The translations under genes and the position numbers were made by a program. From Vibrio alginolyticus NBRC 15630 = ATCC 17749 (GTDB taxonomy: Bacteria > Pseudomonadota > Gammaproteobacteria > Enterobacterales > Vibrionaceae): a stretch of DNA of 32,000 nt. The stretch is taken from positions 60,001-92,000 of the forward strand of contig NC_022359.1 in NCBI RefSeq assembly GCF_000354175.2, written 5' to 3'. Shown here in pieces: positions 24,511 through 32,000 of the stretch; position 1 is the stretch's first letter, and each line of letters starts with the position of its first letter. The notes below the pieces were generated by a model. That model saw only the letters and a program-made list of their open reading frames with translations. It was not told the DNA's origin and made no database searches.

Positions 24511-25296
24511 ATGTTTCAACTGTCTAATATTCAGATCGTGCGAGGTGGACGTCAGATCCTCGGCATCGAACAACTTAACATCCCAACAAATGAGCTAACG
24601 GTCGTTTTAGGCCATAACGGTTCAGGTAAGTCGACACTGGTGAACCTGCTTTCTGGTCAAATGCCACCAGATAAAGGCACGGTAACACTAAACGATACTT
24701 CCCTTTCATCACTCAAAACCAAAGAGTTGGCAAAACAGATCGCCTATTTGCCACAAAAGCTGCCCTCTTCGGCTGGTTTAACGGTAGAAGAGCTAGTGCG
24801 CTTAGGTCGCTTTCCGTGGCGTGGGGCACTTGGTCGTTGGAAAGCTGAAGACAAACAGATCATCACGCAGGCTATGGAACGAACAGGGGTTACACCTTTT
24901 GCTCAAGCTTTGGCGGATGACTTATCGGGCGGCGAGCGCCAACGTGCTTGGGTGTCTATGCTACTGGCTCAACAATCGCCAATTTTAATTCTCGATGAGC
25001 CAACCTCGGCGCTCGATGTTCACCATCAGTTTCAACTAATGGCGCTGCTGGCAGAACTGAATCGAACCGAGAATGTAGGCATTATCGTGATCCTGCACGA
25101 TCTGAACTTAGCACTGCGCTACGCCACCCACATTGTTGCGCTCAAAAAAGGTAAGATTGCCTTTGAAGGCAACGCCGACATGTTGTTAGACGAGGCACGC
25201 CTTTCTAAACTATATGAGTCACCAATTAAGCTGATTGAACACCCAAGCCCGGCTAACACATTAGCGAGCCAAAAGGTGGCTGTTGTATGCGCATAA
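24511..25296 (+). CDS. fhuC: Iron(III)-hydroxamate ABC transporter ATP-binding protein
   Basis: Walker A GHNGSGKST, signature LSGGERQR, Walker B ILILDEPTSALD. Its position in a receptor-C-D-B operon supports the call. Confidence 0.88.
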   Translation: MFQLSNIQIVRGGRQILGIEQLNIPTNELTVVLGHNGSGKSTLVNLLSGQMPPDKGTVTLNDTSLSSLKTKELAKQIAYLPQKLPSSAGLTVEELVRLGRFPWRGALGRWKAEDKQIITQAMERTGVTPFAQALADDLSGGERQRAWVSMLLAQQSPILILDEPTSALDVHHQFQLMALLAELNRTENVGIIVILHDLNLALRYATHIVALKKGKIAFEGNADMLLDEARLSKLYESPIKLIEHPSPANTLASQKVAVVCA

Positions 25297-26216
25297 TAGC
25301 TCGTTTACTTACTGTGGTTACACAATCTGCTTTTCTCCTCGCATTTTTTATGACCAATGCACATGCAGTCATCACCGTTACCGATGAATATGGCGAGCAT
25401 AGTTTTGAGCAAGCGCCTCAACGCGTTGTAGCCTTAAACTGGGACATCTTAGAACAAGTTTTGGCGCTAAACGTAGAACCAATCGCAGCCCCAAATTTAC
25501 CAGGCTACCGCCAATGGGTCGTCAATCCAACTGCACCAGAGTCAATTGAAGATATTGGAACCCGAGCAGAACCCAACTTAGAAAAAATAGCCAGTTTGAA
25601 ACCAGATGTCATCCTTGCTGCGTCTCCACAGCAAGACTTGATTCCGTTACTCAAACAAATTGCTCCGGTAATCTATTTACCTAATTTTTCTGAAAATGAG
25701 GCCGCAGCTGAAACGGCCATTCGTCACTTTCGTACGCTCAGCAAGCTATTCAATAAAGAGGCACTTGCTGAACAGAAACTGGCAGAATTAGATGCTTCAT
25801 TTGCGCAGATGCGCCAGCGAATTCGCCACTATTACTCTTCTCCACTCAGCGTTCTTGTGATGCGATTTTCAACTCCGAATACTGTATTACTTGCAACCGA
25901 AAACTCCACCACTGACTACGTGGTTAGAAAACTGGGATTACAGGCTCCAATTAAAGAGGACCCACGAGCGTGGGGAGTAAAGCAAGATCGAATCAATCGG
26001 CTTCAGGGCCTTCAAAACAGCTACGTTCTCTACGTACAACCTTTCCCAGAAGAACGAAAACTGAAAGAGTCGCCACTTTGGCAAGCGATGCCGTTTGTGA
26101 AAAAGCAGCGGGTAAATTCAGTCAGAGCAGTGTGGGCGTATGGCGGTGCCATGTCTTTGCAATACACCGCTGAAGCGATTACCGACAGTCTAATAGAGTT
26201 GGCACCAGAACAATGA
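25287..26216 (+). CDS. fhuD: Iron(III)-hydroxamate ABC transporter periplasmic binding protein
   Basis: It has a signal peptide (…FFMTNAHA) and class III binding-protein features (RVVALNWDILEQVLALNVEPIA; PDVILAA). It overlaps the fhuC end by 10 nt and the fhuB start by 4 nt. Confidence 0.82.
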   Translation: MRIIARLLTVVTQSAFLLAFFMTNAHAVITVTDEYGEHSFEQAPQRVVALNWDILEQVLALNVEPIAAPNLPGYRQWVVNPTAPESIEDIGTRAEPNLEKIASLKPDVILAASPQQDLIPLLKQIAPVIYLPNFSENEAAAETAIRHFRTLSKLFNKEALAEQKLAELDASFAQMRQRIRHYYSSPLSVLVMRFSTPNTVLLATENSTTDYVVRKLGLQAPIKEDPRAWGVKQDRINRLQGLQNSYVLYVQPFPEERKLKESPLWQAMPFVKKQRVNSVRAVWAYGGAMSLQYTAEAITDSLIELAPEQ

Positions 26217-28180
26217 GAACGAAACATTATATTGGTTATCTGGCGCTGATTACGTTACTTAGCGTCTTTAGCCTACAAATTGATACTAATTTATCACTTT
26301 TCGAACAATGGCAATTATTAACAAAACCAGAGGTAGCAACCGAGTTTCGTGATGTATTCTTTACGCAAGCGCAACTTCCTAGGTTAAGTATGACCCTGCT
26401 TGTTGGTGCCATGTTTGGTCTCACCGGCAGCTTAATGCAGCAATTAACGCAGAATAACCTCACCTCGCCGTTGACTCTTGGCACCTCTTCTGGTGCTTGG
26501 CTTGCATTAGTCGTGGTAAACATTTGGTTCGTCGATTGGGTCGCCGATTACTCTGCATTAGCCGCAATGTTTGGGGCTTTAGTGGCGTTTGGCCTGATCG
26601 TATCAATTGCCGGTGTGCGTAATATGACAGGTTTGCCGTTGGTCGTTTCGGGGATGGTGATCAATATCTTGCTCGGTTCTATCGCCACAGCCATTATTAT
26701 TTTAAACGCCCAGTTCGCACAGAATATTTTTATGTGGGGAGCAGGAGACCTCTCTCAATACAGCTGGGATTGGTTTGAGTGGTTATTGCCTCGCTGCGCT
26801 ATCGCAATCGTAATTTTGATCGTCGCACCACGTATTCTGACCTTAATGAAACTAGGACAAGAAGGCGCAGCAGCCCGAGGCTTAGCGGTATTACCCGCGT
26901 TTGGTGCGTTAATGGTGATGGGTATTTGGCTGGTATCTGCCTCCATCACCGCAGTTGGTATTATCAGCTTCATCGGATTACTGACACCCAATATTGCCAG
27001 AGCGATGGGGGCAAGAACACCGCGCGACGAATTGATCAGCAGCATGCTTTTGGGCGCAATGCTACTAATCATCACAGACTCTGCCGCTATCTCGCTGAGC
27101 TTATGGTTAGAGGAAACCATTCCTAGCGGTGTAGCGGCTGCAGCTATTGGCGCTCCCGCTTTAATTTGGTTTACTCGTAAAAAGCTGACGGCAACCGATC
27201 AACTTAACCTTTCAATGAGCCAAGGAAAAACGGCGCTTTCTAAACGCGCGGTATGCAGCATTGCGCTATTCAGTCTGGTTGGGATTCTAGCTTACTCATT
27301 CGTTACCCATGGTATAAACGGAATTCAATGGTCTGTGCCAGGTGAGTTCCAATGGCAATTGCGTTGGCCGCGAATGTTAACCGCACTTTCTGTCGGTATT
27401 GCGCTATCCGTTGCCGGAATCATTTTGCAACGCATTGTTTATAACCCTCTGGCAAGTCCCGATATTCTCGGTGTGTCTTCCGGAGCCACGTTTGCCATTA
27501 TAACGACAGGAGTCATCGCTGGGTCGCTTCTCTCCGCATTTAGCTGGGGTATCGCTTTTTTCGGAAGTATGTCCGTATTGATGTTATTGCTGATTATCGG
27601 TAAACGAAGCCATTTTAATCCATCTAACTTCGTGTTGTCCGGCATCGCACTAACGGCACTATTAGAAGCCCTCGTTCAATTTTCGCTAGCTCAAGGTTCT
27701 GGTGACAGTTACAAAATTTTATTGTGGCTAACTGGTTCTATTTATCGAGTCACAGCCGACACCGCACTGATGCTATTTTTGGCCATAATAGTTCTGCTTG
27801 CCGCTGTATTCTCGATTTCTCGTTGGCTAACACTAATTTCCATCGGGCGACAATTCTCAAATGCACGAGGGCTTAACCCTACCGTAGCCAATACGCTTAT
27901 GCTCACCATCGTTGCTTTGTTATGCGCCTTTTCTACCGCTACAGTTGGTCCAATATCTTTTGTTGGCTTGGTAGCTCCCCATATGGCGATGATGTTAGGA
28001 GCAAGAAAAGTGAAAGAGCAACTGTGTGTCGGTGCCTTAATTGGCGCAACCCTAATGTTGTGGGCAGATTGGCTAGGACAAATCGCTATTTATCCAAGTC
28101 AGGTCGCAGCTGGCACGTTGGTCGCTATTATAGGCAGCACTTACTTCCTATTTTTAATGCTGAAGAGTAAATTCAGCTAA
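26213..28180 (+). CDS. fhuB: Iron(III)-hydroxamate ABC transporter permease, internally duplicated FhuB type
   Basis: 655 aa comprising two FecCD-type halves. Each half carries the conserved TSPLTLGTSSGA / ASPDILGVSSGA motif. This is the fused architecture characteristic of FhuB. Confidence 0.88.
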   Translation: MRTKHYIGYLALITLLSVFSLQIDTNLSLFEQWQLLTKPEVATEFRDVFFTQAQLPRLSMTLLVGAMFGLTGSLMQQLTQNNLTSPLTLGTSSGAWLALVVVNIWFVDWVADYSALAAMFGALVAFGLIVSIAGVRNMTGLPLVVSGMVINILLGSIATAIIILNAQFAQNIFMWGAGDLSQYSWDWFEWLLPRCAIAIVILIVAPRILTLMKLGQEGAAARGLAVLPAFGALMVMGIWLVSASITAVGIISFIGLLTPNIARAMGARTPRDELISSMLLGAMLLIITDSAAISLSLWLEETIPSGVAAAAIGAPALIWFTRKKLTATDQLNLSMSQGKTALSKRAVCSIALFSLVGILAYSFVTHGINGIQWSVPGEFQWQLRWPRMLTALSVGIALSVAGIILQRIVYNPLASPDILGVSSGATFAIITTGVIAGSLLSAFSWGIAFFGSMSVLMLLLIIGKRSHFNPSNFVLSGIALTALLEALVQFSLAQGSGDSYKILLWLTGSIYRVTADTALMLFLAIIVLLAAVFSISRWLTLISIGRQFSNARGLNPTVANTLMLTIVALLCAFSTATVGPISFVGLVAPHMAMMLGARKVKEQLCVGALIGATLMLWADWLGQIAIYPSQVAAGTLVAIIGSTYFLFLMLKSKFS

Positions 28181-28222
28181 GTTGGGAATATTGTTACAGC
28201 CTAAAAATACGCTAAGAAAAAC

Positions 28223-28250
28223 AAACCCCGCTATTTTGATAGCGGGGTTT
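28223..28250. terminator. Bidirectional terminator between convergent fhuB and the MscS-family gene
   Basis: AAACCCCGCTAT-tttg-ATAGCGGGGTTT is a perfect 12-bp stem. Confidence 0.8.
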
Positions 28251-28275
28251 GAAATTAAAGGCGAAGTACGATGCT

Positions 28276-29124
28276 CTATTCTTCTCGCACTACAGGAAAA
28301 CGTTGCTCATAAAGTTCCATAAAGTCCTTACGAATTAAGTGCTCTAAGTGGTTCGCTTTATCGGTTGGGCAGAAAATCATCACGTGCAGAATTTGTTCAC
28401 CATTAATGTTACTAGAAATATGCATATGTGGCTCAGAACCAGGAAGGTCAACACCGGCATGTTTTTCAATCATCGCATTGTAACGATGTGCAACATCAGC
28501 AAAGTAACTGCAATGTTCTTCAATTTTATCAGTTAAAATCGGTAACAGTGGATACAAATTGACGAAGTCTTTCACCACTACAGAAAAGTTGTGGTAAACG
28601 TACCGCTTCATGAAGTTGAGGTTCTTTACTGGATAGGTAAAGAACATACTATTAGGCAATGTCGCTGTTTTGCCGGTGTAATGATATTGCCCGTGATGCA
28701 GGTCGATCTCTTGAATCACCGTCGCCATCATATTGTGCTCAATCACTTCACCGCATAACTTCCCGACCTCAATCCAGTCCCCAACGCGAAAAGAACGTGA
28801 ACTTGCTCTTTGAATCGAACCCGTAAAACACAAAATGATTTCTTTGGATGCCACTACAATGGCAACGGCAATCGCCGTTACACTCAGAGCAAACTCGTTA
28901 ATTTCTGATTGCCATAAAATAAATAAAATCAGTAATGTAACAGCAAAGGTGCCATTTTTAGTTCTGGACATCCAACTACGCTGATCTTCTGAGAGAAAAG
29001 CGTGATCACCACGAATCATCGATAAAATTGCACGACGAATTAACCACATAATCGCAAAGATCAGTGCGGTAAAAATCAATTTATGAGTGAGAAGAAAATC
29101 GACAACTAACTGCACTTTCTCCAT
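28276..29124 (-). CDS. Mechanosensitive ion channel family protein (MscS-like)
   Basis: Three N-terminal TM helices are followed by the MscS beta-domain signature FRVGDWIEVGKLCGEVIEHNMMATVIQEID. Length is 282 aa. Confidence 0.85.
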   Translation of the reverse strand: MEKVQLVVDFLLTHKLIFTALIFAIMWLIRRAILSMIRGDHAFLSEDQRSWMSRTKNGTFAVTLLILFILWQSEINEFALSVTAIAVAIVVASKEIILCFTGSIQRASSRSFRVGDWIEVGKLCGEVIEHNMMATVIQEIDLHHGQYHYTGKTATLPNSMFFTYPVKNLNFMKRYVYHNFSVVVKDFVNLYPLLPILTDKIEEHCSYFADVAHRYNAMIEKHAGVDLPGSEPHMHISSNINGEQILHVMIFCPTDKANHLEHLIRKDFMELYEQRFPVVREE

Positions 29125-29219
29125 TCCACGGCTCCCTCGAATAAAAATACGGCCCAGTAACAGCTAACGATAACAAATTATTTTGTCTGTTGTCCGTGCT
29201 CACTCAAGTCTTTTTGAAA

Positions 29220-30560
29220 TTACTCCTCTCTGAAGGCGCGATTCATGCTTTCTGTAATTGGCTTTATTAGGTAGCTCAATGGCGTTCGTGGCTCAGATAA
29301 AATAAGCACTTCGGCATTCATGCCTGAGGTTAAACGATGTTTTGTCACATCTTCCGGTGAAATTGCAATTCTAGCGAGATAAAAATCTTCTTGGTTTTCT
29401 TGCGAGAGCTTATCGGCAGAAATCGTCAGCACAGTACCGTCTAAAGGTGCCAACGTCCGTGCATTCAGAGCGGTCAGACGAACATGCGCTTGCTGGCCTG
29501 GATTCACTAAATCAATATCCTGAGGATTAACACGAGCCTCGACTAACAACTTATCGTCTTGCGGGACCAGTTCTAGTAACGTTTCACCCGAGCCAATCAC
29601 ACCTTTTTCGGTAAACACTTGCATGTTGACTACGCGACCAGAAATAGGTGCGTTGATCGTTGTTCTTGCGACAATATCTTGAGCGGAGCGATATTCTTCC
29701 CGAATTGCGACAATTTCCGTTTTGGTATTTCGTAGTTCCTCGACAATCTCATTCAGCCTTTCAAGCTTCAACTCTTCAATTTGAGCTAGGTTCTCATCTA
29801 ACCTTTTTCTAACGGTGAGCGACTGCCTATCTAACTGGCTTAAGGTACTTCTCACCTCCGCTGCTAAGCGCTTGAGTTGAAGTAAAGTAGATTTTCCCGA
29901 GAAACCTTTTTGCACCAAGGCTTGGTTGCTGTCTATTTCTTCAGCAATAAAGTTGAGCCGTTCCGTCTCAATCACTTTGGTTTGCTGAAGGTTTTCAAGC
30001 TCTAAGTTTGCTCCAGAAATACTCTGCTCAATGATACTCAGTTTACTATCAAAGAATCGCTTTCTCGCTTCAAAGATCTTGTTTTGAACCAGTTGTGCTT
30101 CTTGTACGATATCGACACGGGGAATGCTTTCAAGATCATCAGACCATACAATCGTTGGAAGCTCATCAAGCTCCGCACTTAAACGGTTTTCCTTTGCTAG
30201 AGTATGGATAAAACGACCACTTAACGAATCCAACTTAGCCATAGCTTGACGCTTAGAAAGTTGAATTAATAACTGACCTTTTTCGACTAAATCCCCTTCC
30301 TGTACATATAGCTTTTCAATAATACCGCCTTCTAAATGCTGAATTTCTTGTCGCTTAGTGAGAACAGACAAATCACCATAAGCAATCGCTGCACTTTCTA
30401 ATTTGGCTGTTGCAGCCCAGTAGCCAAGGCCTCCAAGAAAAACACTTAAGGTCACCACACCAAGTAAAATTGGTTTTCGAAAGCTTAGTCTCGCTTTGGG
30501 GCTAAAACGGTATACGATCTCGGTAGAACTCTGATTAACGGTTGGCAGTTGATTGCTCAT
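29220..30560 (-). CDS. HlyD-family type I secretion periplasmic adaptor (membrane fusion protein)
   Basis: It has an N-terminal anchor (ILLGVVTLSVFLGGLGYWAA), a long coiled-coil centre and a C-terminal beta-barrel region (GMNAEVLI). It overlaps the upstream ABC gene by 26 nt. Confidence 0.88.
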   Translation of the reverse strand: MSNQLPTVNQSSTEIVYRFSPKARLSFRKPILLGVVTLSVFLGGLGYWAATAKLESAAIAYGDLSVLTKRQEIQHLEGGIIEKLYVQEGDLVEKGQLLIQLSKRQAMAKLDSLSGRFIHTLAKENRLSAELDELPTIVWSDDLESIPRVDIVQEAQLVQNKIFEARKRFFDSKLSIIEQSISGANLELENLQQTKVIETERLNFIAEEIDSNQALVQKGFSGKSTLLQLKRLAAEVRSTLSQLDRQSLTVRKRLDENLAQIEELKLERLNEIVEELRNTKTEIVAIREEYRSAQDIVARTTINAPISGRVVNMQVFTEKGVIGSGETLLELVPQDDKLLVEARVNPQDIDLVNPGQQAHVRLTALNARTLAPLDGTVLTISADKLSQENQEDFYLARIAISPEDVTKHRLTSGMNAEVLILSEPRTPLSYLIKPITESMNRAFREE

Positions 30561-32000
30561 TTCTTACCCTTGGGATATCTGTTCTGTCTTCGCCCATCAA
30601 ACGTTTTAATACTTCATCTTTAGCGCCGTATAACTTGACTCGGCCGTCAGCCAAATACAACAGCCTATCCATTTGTCGTAACGTACTCGGATTGTGGGCA
30701 ATGACGATAATCGTTGTACTCTGTGCTTTTAAATGGGCAATCAAACGTTGATACGCAGCCTCTCCCTCACCATCGAGGTTGGCATTCGCTTCATCGAAAA
30801 TCACAATAGATGGGTCGCCATAAACGGCTCTTGCAAGAGCGATTCTCTGCCTTTCCCCCCCAGATAAACCACGGCCATTTTCACCAATAATGCAATCATA
30901 GCCTTTGTTTTTCTTGAGTATTAATTCATGACATCCTGCTAGTTGAGCCGCCTTGATGACTTTAGCGGGGTCTTCTTCTTTAAAGCGCGCGATGTTCTCT
31001 CGAATTGTGCCAGGAAATAACTCCACCTCTTGAGCGAGATACCCAAAATGCACGCCGCGATCTTCAGATGCCCATACGGAGACTTCCATTCCATCAAGAG
31101 TCACTTTACCCGCTAATGGCTTAACCGTACCTAATAACAGCCGAGCAAACGTCGATTTACCCGTACCAGAAGGGCCAATCACCCCAACAGCAACACCCGG
31201 AGGAATCGATAAGCTGATCGATGAGAGCACTGGTTCGGTTGCTCCAGGATGGCGATAGGCCAGTCCGGTAAGCTCATAGTGTCCTTTTGGTTTAGGCAGT
31301 GGCATATCTGATTCATCTTGGCGCACGATCGCATCGATTTCTTTCAACCTTTTATAGGCGCCTTTAGCAGACATCGCGCTTCGCCACGTGCCTATCGCCT
31401 GCTCCATCGGCGATAATGCCCGACTCATTAATATGGAGCTCGCGATCATCGCCCCTGCCGTTATCTCATGTTGGATAACTAACCATGCACCACCTCCCAG
31501 TAAAAATATCTGTAATGAGCCACGCACAAACTTAGAAAAGTTAGCCATGTAGATAGACTTACCTGCAACTCGCTCTTCAAGCACATTCACTTCGCTCACG
31601 CGCGACTGCCACTTCTCTAAAAATGCATTCATCATCCCCATTGCGAGAATTGAATTGGAGTTTTGCGTGGCTAATTCTGCGTTGTTGATATGAGAAATCG
31701 CTCTGACTTCGCTCTCTTGCATTGTTTTACGCGTCATTAGCTCATTAAGTAGACCTAGGCTAAACAATACGATAGATCCAAGTAACGCGATGTGACCTAG
31801 TATCGGGTGCAATAAATACACAAATAAAATAAATAGCGGTGTCCAGGGCGCATCCAACAGTGGATAAGGTGCTTGACTGCTCAAAAAGCTTTTGATGTTC
31901 TGAATGTCTCTCAGAGTTTGCGAGGTATAACTCTTCCCAGTATGTGATTGATATTGAATCGTGCGCTTGAGCATGAAAGCGGAGAGTTTTGTGTCCATCC
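30535..32000 (-). CDS. Type I secretion system ABC permease/ATPase (PrtD/LapB-like), 5' end outside the window
   Basis: The TM domain is followed by an NBD with Walker A GPSGTGKST, signature LSGGERQRIALARA and Walker B IVIFDEANANLD. The reading frame is open to the window edge, so the Met at 31998 is not the true start. Confidence 0.88.
   Translation of the reverse strand, partial: MDTKLSAFMLKRTIQYQSHTGKSYTSQTLRDIQNIKSFLSSQAPYPLLDAPWTPLFILFVYLLHPILGHIALLGSIVLFSLGLLNELMTRKTMQESEVRAISHINNAELATQNSNSILAMGMMNAFLEKWQSRVSEVNVLEERVAGKSIYMANFSKFVRGSLQIFLLGGGAWLVIQHEITAGAMIASSILMSRALSPMEQAIGTWRSAMSAKGAYKRLKEIDAIVRQDESDMPLPKPKGHYELTGLAYRHPGATEPVLSSISLSIPPGVAVGVIGPSGTGKSTFARLLLGTVKPLAGKVTLDGMEVSVWASEDRGVHFGYLAQEVELFPGTIRENIARFKEEDPAKVIKAAQLAGCHELILKKNKGYDCIIGENGRGLSGGERQRIALARAVYGDPSIVIFDEANANLDGEGEAAYQRLIAHLKAQSTTIIVIAHNPSTLRQMDRLLYLADGRVKLYGAKDEVLKRLMGEDRTDIPRVRNEQSTANR

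Noticed and set aside
31996-31998. Met at 31998 as the start of the T1SS ABC protein
   Set aside because: The frame is open to the window edge, and PrtD/LapB-type proteins are roughly 90 or more residues longer at the N-terminus. The gene is truncated by the window.
1-32000. Scan for CRISPR arrays, tRNA/rRNA genes, prophage or defence-island hallmarks, and toxin-antitoxin pairs
   Set aside because: I found no regularly spaced direct repeats, cloverleaf-compatible segments, integrase, phage structural or nuclease/helicase/ATPase defence-type genes, or small paired ORFs. The only mobile DNA is the single IS3-family element.

Overview
The window looks like a Vibrionaceae-type chromosomal segment, judged from gene content and codon style; no species call is possible. 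It is mostly ordinary metabolic, transport and regulatory genes. In order:

- The norV-norR nitric-oxide detoxification divergon, with a readable sigma54/NorR control region.
- A roughly 1-kb, visibly AT-rich islet carrying one orphan 172-aa gene.
- A HAD phosphatase and an azurin gene.
- A compact five-gene minus-strand operon: Rieske oxygenase, aldehyde dehydrogenase, rubredoxin-fused flavin reductase, PuuB-like FAD oxidoreductase and a His-less cupin. It is divergent from a BCCT transporter and close to a GcvA-like LysR regulator.
- An apparently intact IS3-family element with a 3-bp target duplication, sitting between the transporter and the LysR gene.
- ktrAB potassium uptake genes preceded by a truncated KdpD-like/KdpE-like two-component pair.
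- An exporter-fold ABC half-transporter divergent from a Fur-box-controlled fhuA-like receptor plus fhuCDB.
- An MscS-family channel.
- The distal part of a type I secretion operon (ABC plus HlyD), which runs off the right edge.

No rRNA, tRNA, CRISPR array or recognisable defence system was seen. The best candidate for an undescribed system is the Rieske/ALDH/rubredoxin-reductase/FAD-oxidase/cupin operon with its BCCT partner. I read it as a probable uncharacterised quaternary-amine or osmolyte conversion module with an unusual electron-transfer partner. This is inference from domain motifs and synteny only. All homology statements come from motif recognition and recalled reference sequences, not from database searches.
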